Source: Lama glama (Eukaryota). Taken from it: a stretch of DNA of 64,000 bases. The stretch covers positions 100,936,001-101,000,000 of the forward strand of contig CM052816.1 of NCBI GenBank assembly GCA_028534125.1. Reading direction: 5' to 3'. Shown here piece by piece: positions 60,801 through 64,000 of this stretch. The notes under the pieces were generated by a model. It searched no databases, was not told the DNA's origin, and saw only the letters and a program-made list of their open reading frames with translations. The first letter of the stretch is position 1. Every line of letters begins with the position of its first letter. Made by a program: the position numbers and the translations under genes.

Positions 60801-63800
60801 GTCTCTGGAGATTGTGCATGGATTCATGCCCCGGCTCTTCCCGGGGCTGTGGACGCCTGGCCGCCACTCTCTCCCTCTTCCCTCCGCCCCGCAGTCTCTC
60901 TCCTCCTCGCTGGGTCTCTCCGTCTCTCTGCATCCTGCTGCTCCATTCCTGCCCCCTCTCTGTGGCTCCCACGCGCTCCTAAAGCGAACAGAAGAAAGAG
61001 AAGCAGCAAGACCTTCCAGGGCTCCATCCCTTCCCGCGGAAGGATTCTTCCGCTTGCCCATGGGGAGGCAGGCGCTCCTAAATCAGGTGACAGCAGATTA
61101 AGGGAAACTGAGGCTGCACATCCCCTACCCTCCCCTGCCTACGTCGAGCTGGCCACTTTGGCAGCCTCTCTAGTGGGTGCGAGGCCCGGGTTGCAGGCGC
61201 CCACAGTGGACGGGCCTCCAAGCAAAGCAACAGCCCGGGCCAGGGTAGGGGCGGAGGCCACCATTAATATGGGGGGTGGTGAGAAGCTGTGAGCAGCCCT
61301 CAAACCACAGCGTCTTTGGAGCTGGTGCGGCTGTGGAGGGGTCCCAGCTCGCTCCCTGCACCGGTGCCAGCCAGCGCGCTGCAGTCCATCTGGGAGACGC
61401 GCCCTCCCGAGCAGTGCTGCGAAAGCCCTGTCTGGGGTCGGCCGTGTCCCTCACAGCGATGCTGGCCAGAGCATTTGTTCCGCTGGAGCCACTGAGTTGA
61501 AGAAGCTGGAAAGCCCCTCCCCAGGGTCACATCAGGCGAAGGCAGCAGAGCCCAGGGGAGGAAGCATCGTGACCTTTCCACCTGACCCCGGCCTCAGGCC
61601 CTCTTGGAAGGGAGCCAAGACAAAGAGACCTGCAGGGGGAGAGGCCAGCAGGAAGGAAGGGAGGTGAGGGGAGGCCAGCGGGAGGGAGGAAGAAGTCTGG
61701 TGGGGGGAGAGGCTGCCATCCAAAATCAACTTCCCAAAAAAGGCTTGTGGAAAAAAATGCCTTTTGCCAAAGGCCTCTGGCTCCTGGGGTGAAGGCGGAG
61801 TCTCAGGACCAGACAGGCCCAGAACCTTCTCCACTTTTCTGCTGAGGAGGATGAGCTCCTTGAAGGCTCTCAGGAGTCAGCCAAGTCCACTCTGGGCTTT
61901 AAGAAGTGAGAGGCCTGTCTCACCATCCCGGGGTCAGAGGAGGCTCCCCCAGCCGCCCCGGCCAGCCTGCTGCTCCCCCAACAACGTCCACACAGAGGGT
62001 GAGGACGGACTTCGGGCCGCGGGAGCTCCACCGGGTACGATGAGAGCCTTGGTGACGCTGGGTCCCTGGAGCGTCAGATGTCAGACAGAGGGTGTTTCTG
62101 ATCTTTGCCTGAACCTGGCGCATCGCGATTCTGTGTCCGTTACAGAGATGTGGTCATTCCAGGGCCCTCCCAGAGAAGGAGCGGGATGACGCCCGACTTC
62201 CGTTGTTGTTCACGTGGAGATGGAGACCAGACACAGCAGGACTGCGCGCATGGCACGGCGACTCTGTAGCCTCATGGAGACGGTGACAAAGAGGCAGAGG
62301 TGTGGCCGTCAGAAGGGCAGGTGCGGGCCAGGAGGAAGGGTATCAGCCTAGCATTTTCCGCCTTGGCTTCTCCAATCTTTGCGTTATTTTACATGCATCG
62401 TAGTCAAGTTCATCTCGTCAGATCAGCGAAGGGCAAGCTGATGGAGCCCTGTGCACGATCTTGGTGGGAAGCCCCACTTTCCAGTGGTGCAGGGCTCGAA
62501 GGGGGCCCTGCGAGGCACGAGAGGTGCTGAGCGCTGCCCACCTGGGACCCTGCAGACAGCCCAGGGTGCAGGGCGGACAAGACGACACAGCCCGGGGCTG
62601 GGGGAGAGCAGGGAGGGCCCTACCCGCCGGTCGGCACACGCCTGTCTTGTCCGCCTCCCTGCTTCGCTGGTTCCCTCTGCAGCGATGCTCACAGGCTGCG
62701 GTGAGCAGGGAGGGTGCTCAGCTGGGTCTCAGAGAGGTGAGAGCTTGACAGACAGAGTGCGAGGGGAGAGAGTGTTCAAGGCGGAGGCAGGGCCTGGTCC
62801 AGAGGCCAGGGTACTGGAGGGGACAGTGCTCGTTTTAACCAGGGACATGTGCTGGGTGGGAGCTGGGGCAGGGTCACCAAGGGCCTGATTGGGGAAATCC
62901 TGGGGGACCAGTGAACAGGAGTAGCATCAAGTCGTTTGCCGCTCCCCCGGGGCGGAGGCACCGCGTTGCTCAGGTAGGGCTGGTGCAGGCCATGGGCTGC
63001 TCACTTGAATCTGTGAGGTTCCCTGGCTGGGGGTGCTCAGGGGTGGGGGGAAATAGCCCATAACCCACCAGAATGAAGGCCGCAGAAAGAAACCAAAGGA
63101 CAAGAGGAAAGGTGGTTTCCACGCGACGACTTCACATCTCTAGGGACCTAACTGGACATGGCGCATGAGTCCTGCGTCAAGAAGGCTCCTAGACAAGCTG
63201 GTCAAATTCAGAGCACTTCTGGGAGTGGGACACGGGGCACACTTGGATGCTGCCTGCAGACCAAGCTCGACGCTGAGTCGGTGGAGGGGTTGCAGCGTTC
63301 CTGTGCACGTCACATCTGTGCCAGGATCAACCCAGGCACCTGATGGGCACCCTGACCTCACCAAGATGCCTTCCTGATGGCCCCACAGACTTGGCGCCCT
63401 GCTTAGGATGGCCCATGCGAGGGGAGTTTGCTTGAGGCTCAGGGGAGTCGGCCTCTGGCAGGTGTAAGGTGCCCGTGGCTCAGCGCCATCCCCGCGGCAG
63501 GTGGCAGGCAGGGAGAGGTGCAGAGTGAGTGGAGGGGGCAGGAGGAGAAGGTCCCGGCCCCTGCAGCTGAGGAGCTGTCCTTGGAAAATCAGCAACTCTG
63601 GGGAAGGCTTGGTGGTGTGAATGGCTGGAGGGAGGGGGCAACTCCGGAGGAGGCGACCTCCTACCTCACAAGCATGTCCAGGCACGAGTCCCCCCAGGCA
63701 CAAACCTGCTCACTTCTTTGCACGCACACACATGCACACATGCACATGCGCGGCTGCGGAGAGCTCCTGCTGGTGCCAGTTGGCCCAGCCCTGTGTGTGG

Positions 63801-64000
63801 GCGCTCGGGGGCAGAGGGCAGCGTCTCCCTCACAGCAGGACAGAGGGGGCAGAGGTGAAGACAGGAGGGCATGCGGGGCCCCGGGGGCTCAGAGATCCCC
63901 GAGGTGGGAGCTGGGAGGGCGCGCCGGCATCTGCAGAGGGCTTTGTGTGGGGGAGGGCAGAGGAGAGGCCTGTGGAGTCCCGGGCTGTCACTGGCCCCTG

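Overview
This is GC/CpG-rich mammalian genomic DNA, not prokaryotic, so nearly all entries in the six-frame ORF track are spurious. Three tRNA-derived SINEs of Vic-1 type point to a camelid. The only supportable protein-coding gene is the Iroquois homeobox gene IRX4 on the + strand: five coding exons (53288-53332, 53827-54078, 54795-54907, 55729-56057, 56508-57331), 1563 nt, 520 aa, all GT-AG introns, polyA signal at 57885. It has a proximal promoter, a probable upstream CpG-island first exon near 49.0-49.35 kb, and several AT-rich blocks dense in homeodomain/TALE sites that are candidate enhancers. The first ~48 kb is gene desert with decayed L1, MaLR/ERVL LTR, MIR and DNA-transposon copies. 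I found no convincing new biological system. The most striking pattern is technical: besides ordinary 100-N and 500-N scaffold gaps, four odd-length N runs fall inside the IRX4 locus, and two replace conserved coding sequence (including the whole homeobox) at exactly the expected length, which looks like masking. Secondary leads are a 225-aa overlapping upstream ORF that promoter choice could toggle and a TGACAG-site cluster 3' of IRX4. Repeat family names and the human IRX4 comparison are from memory, not database searches.
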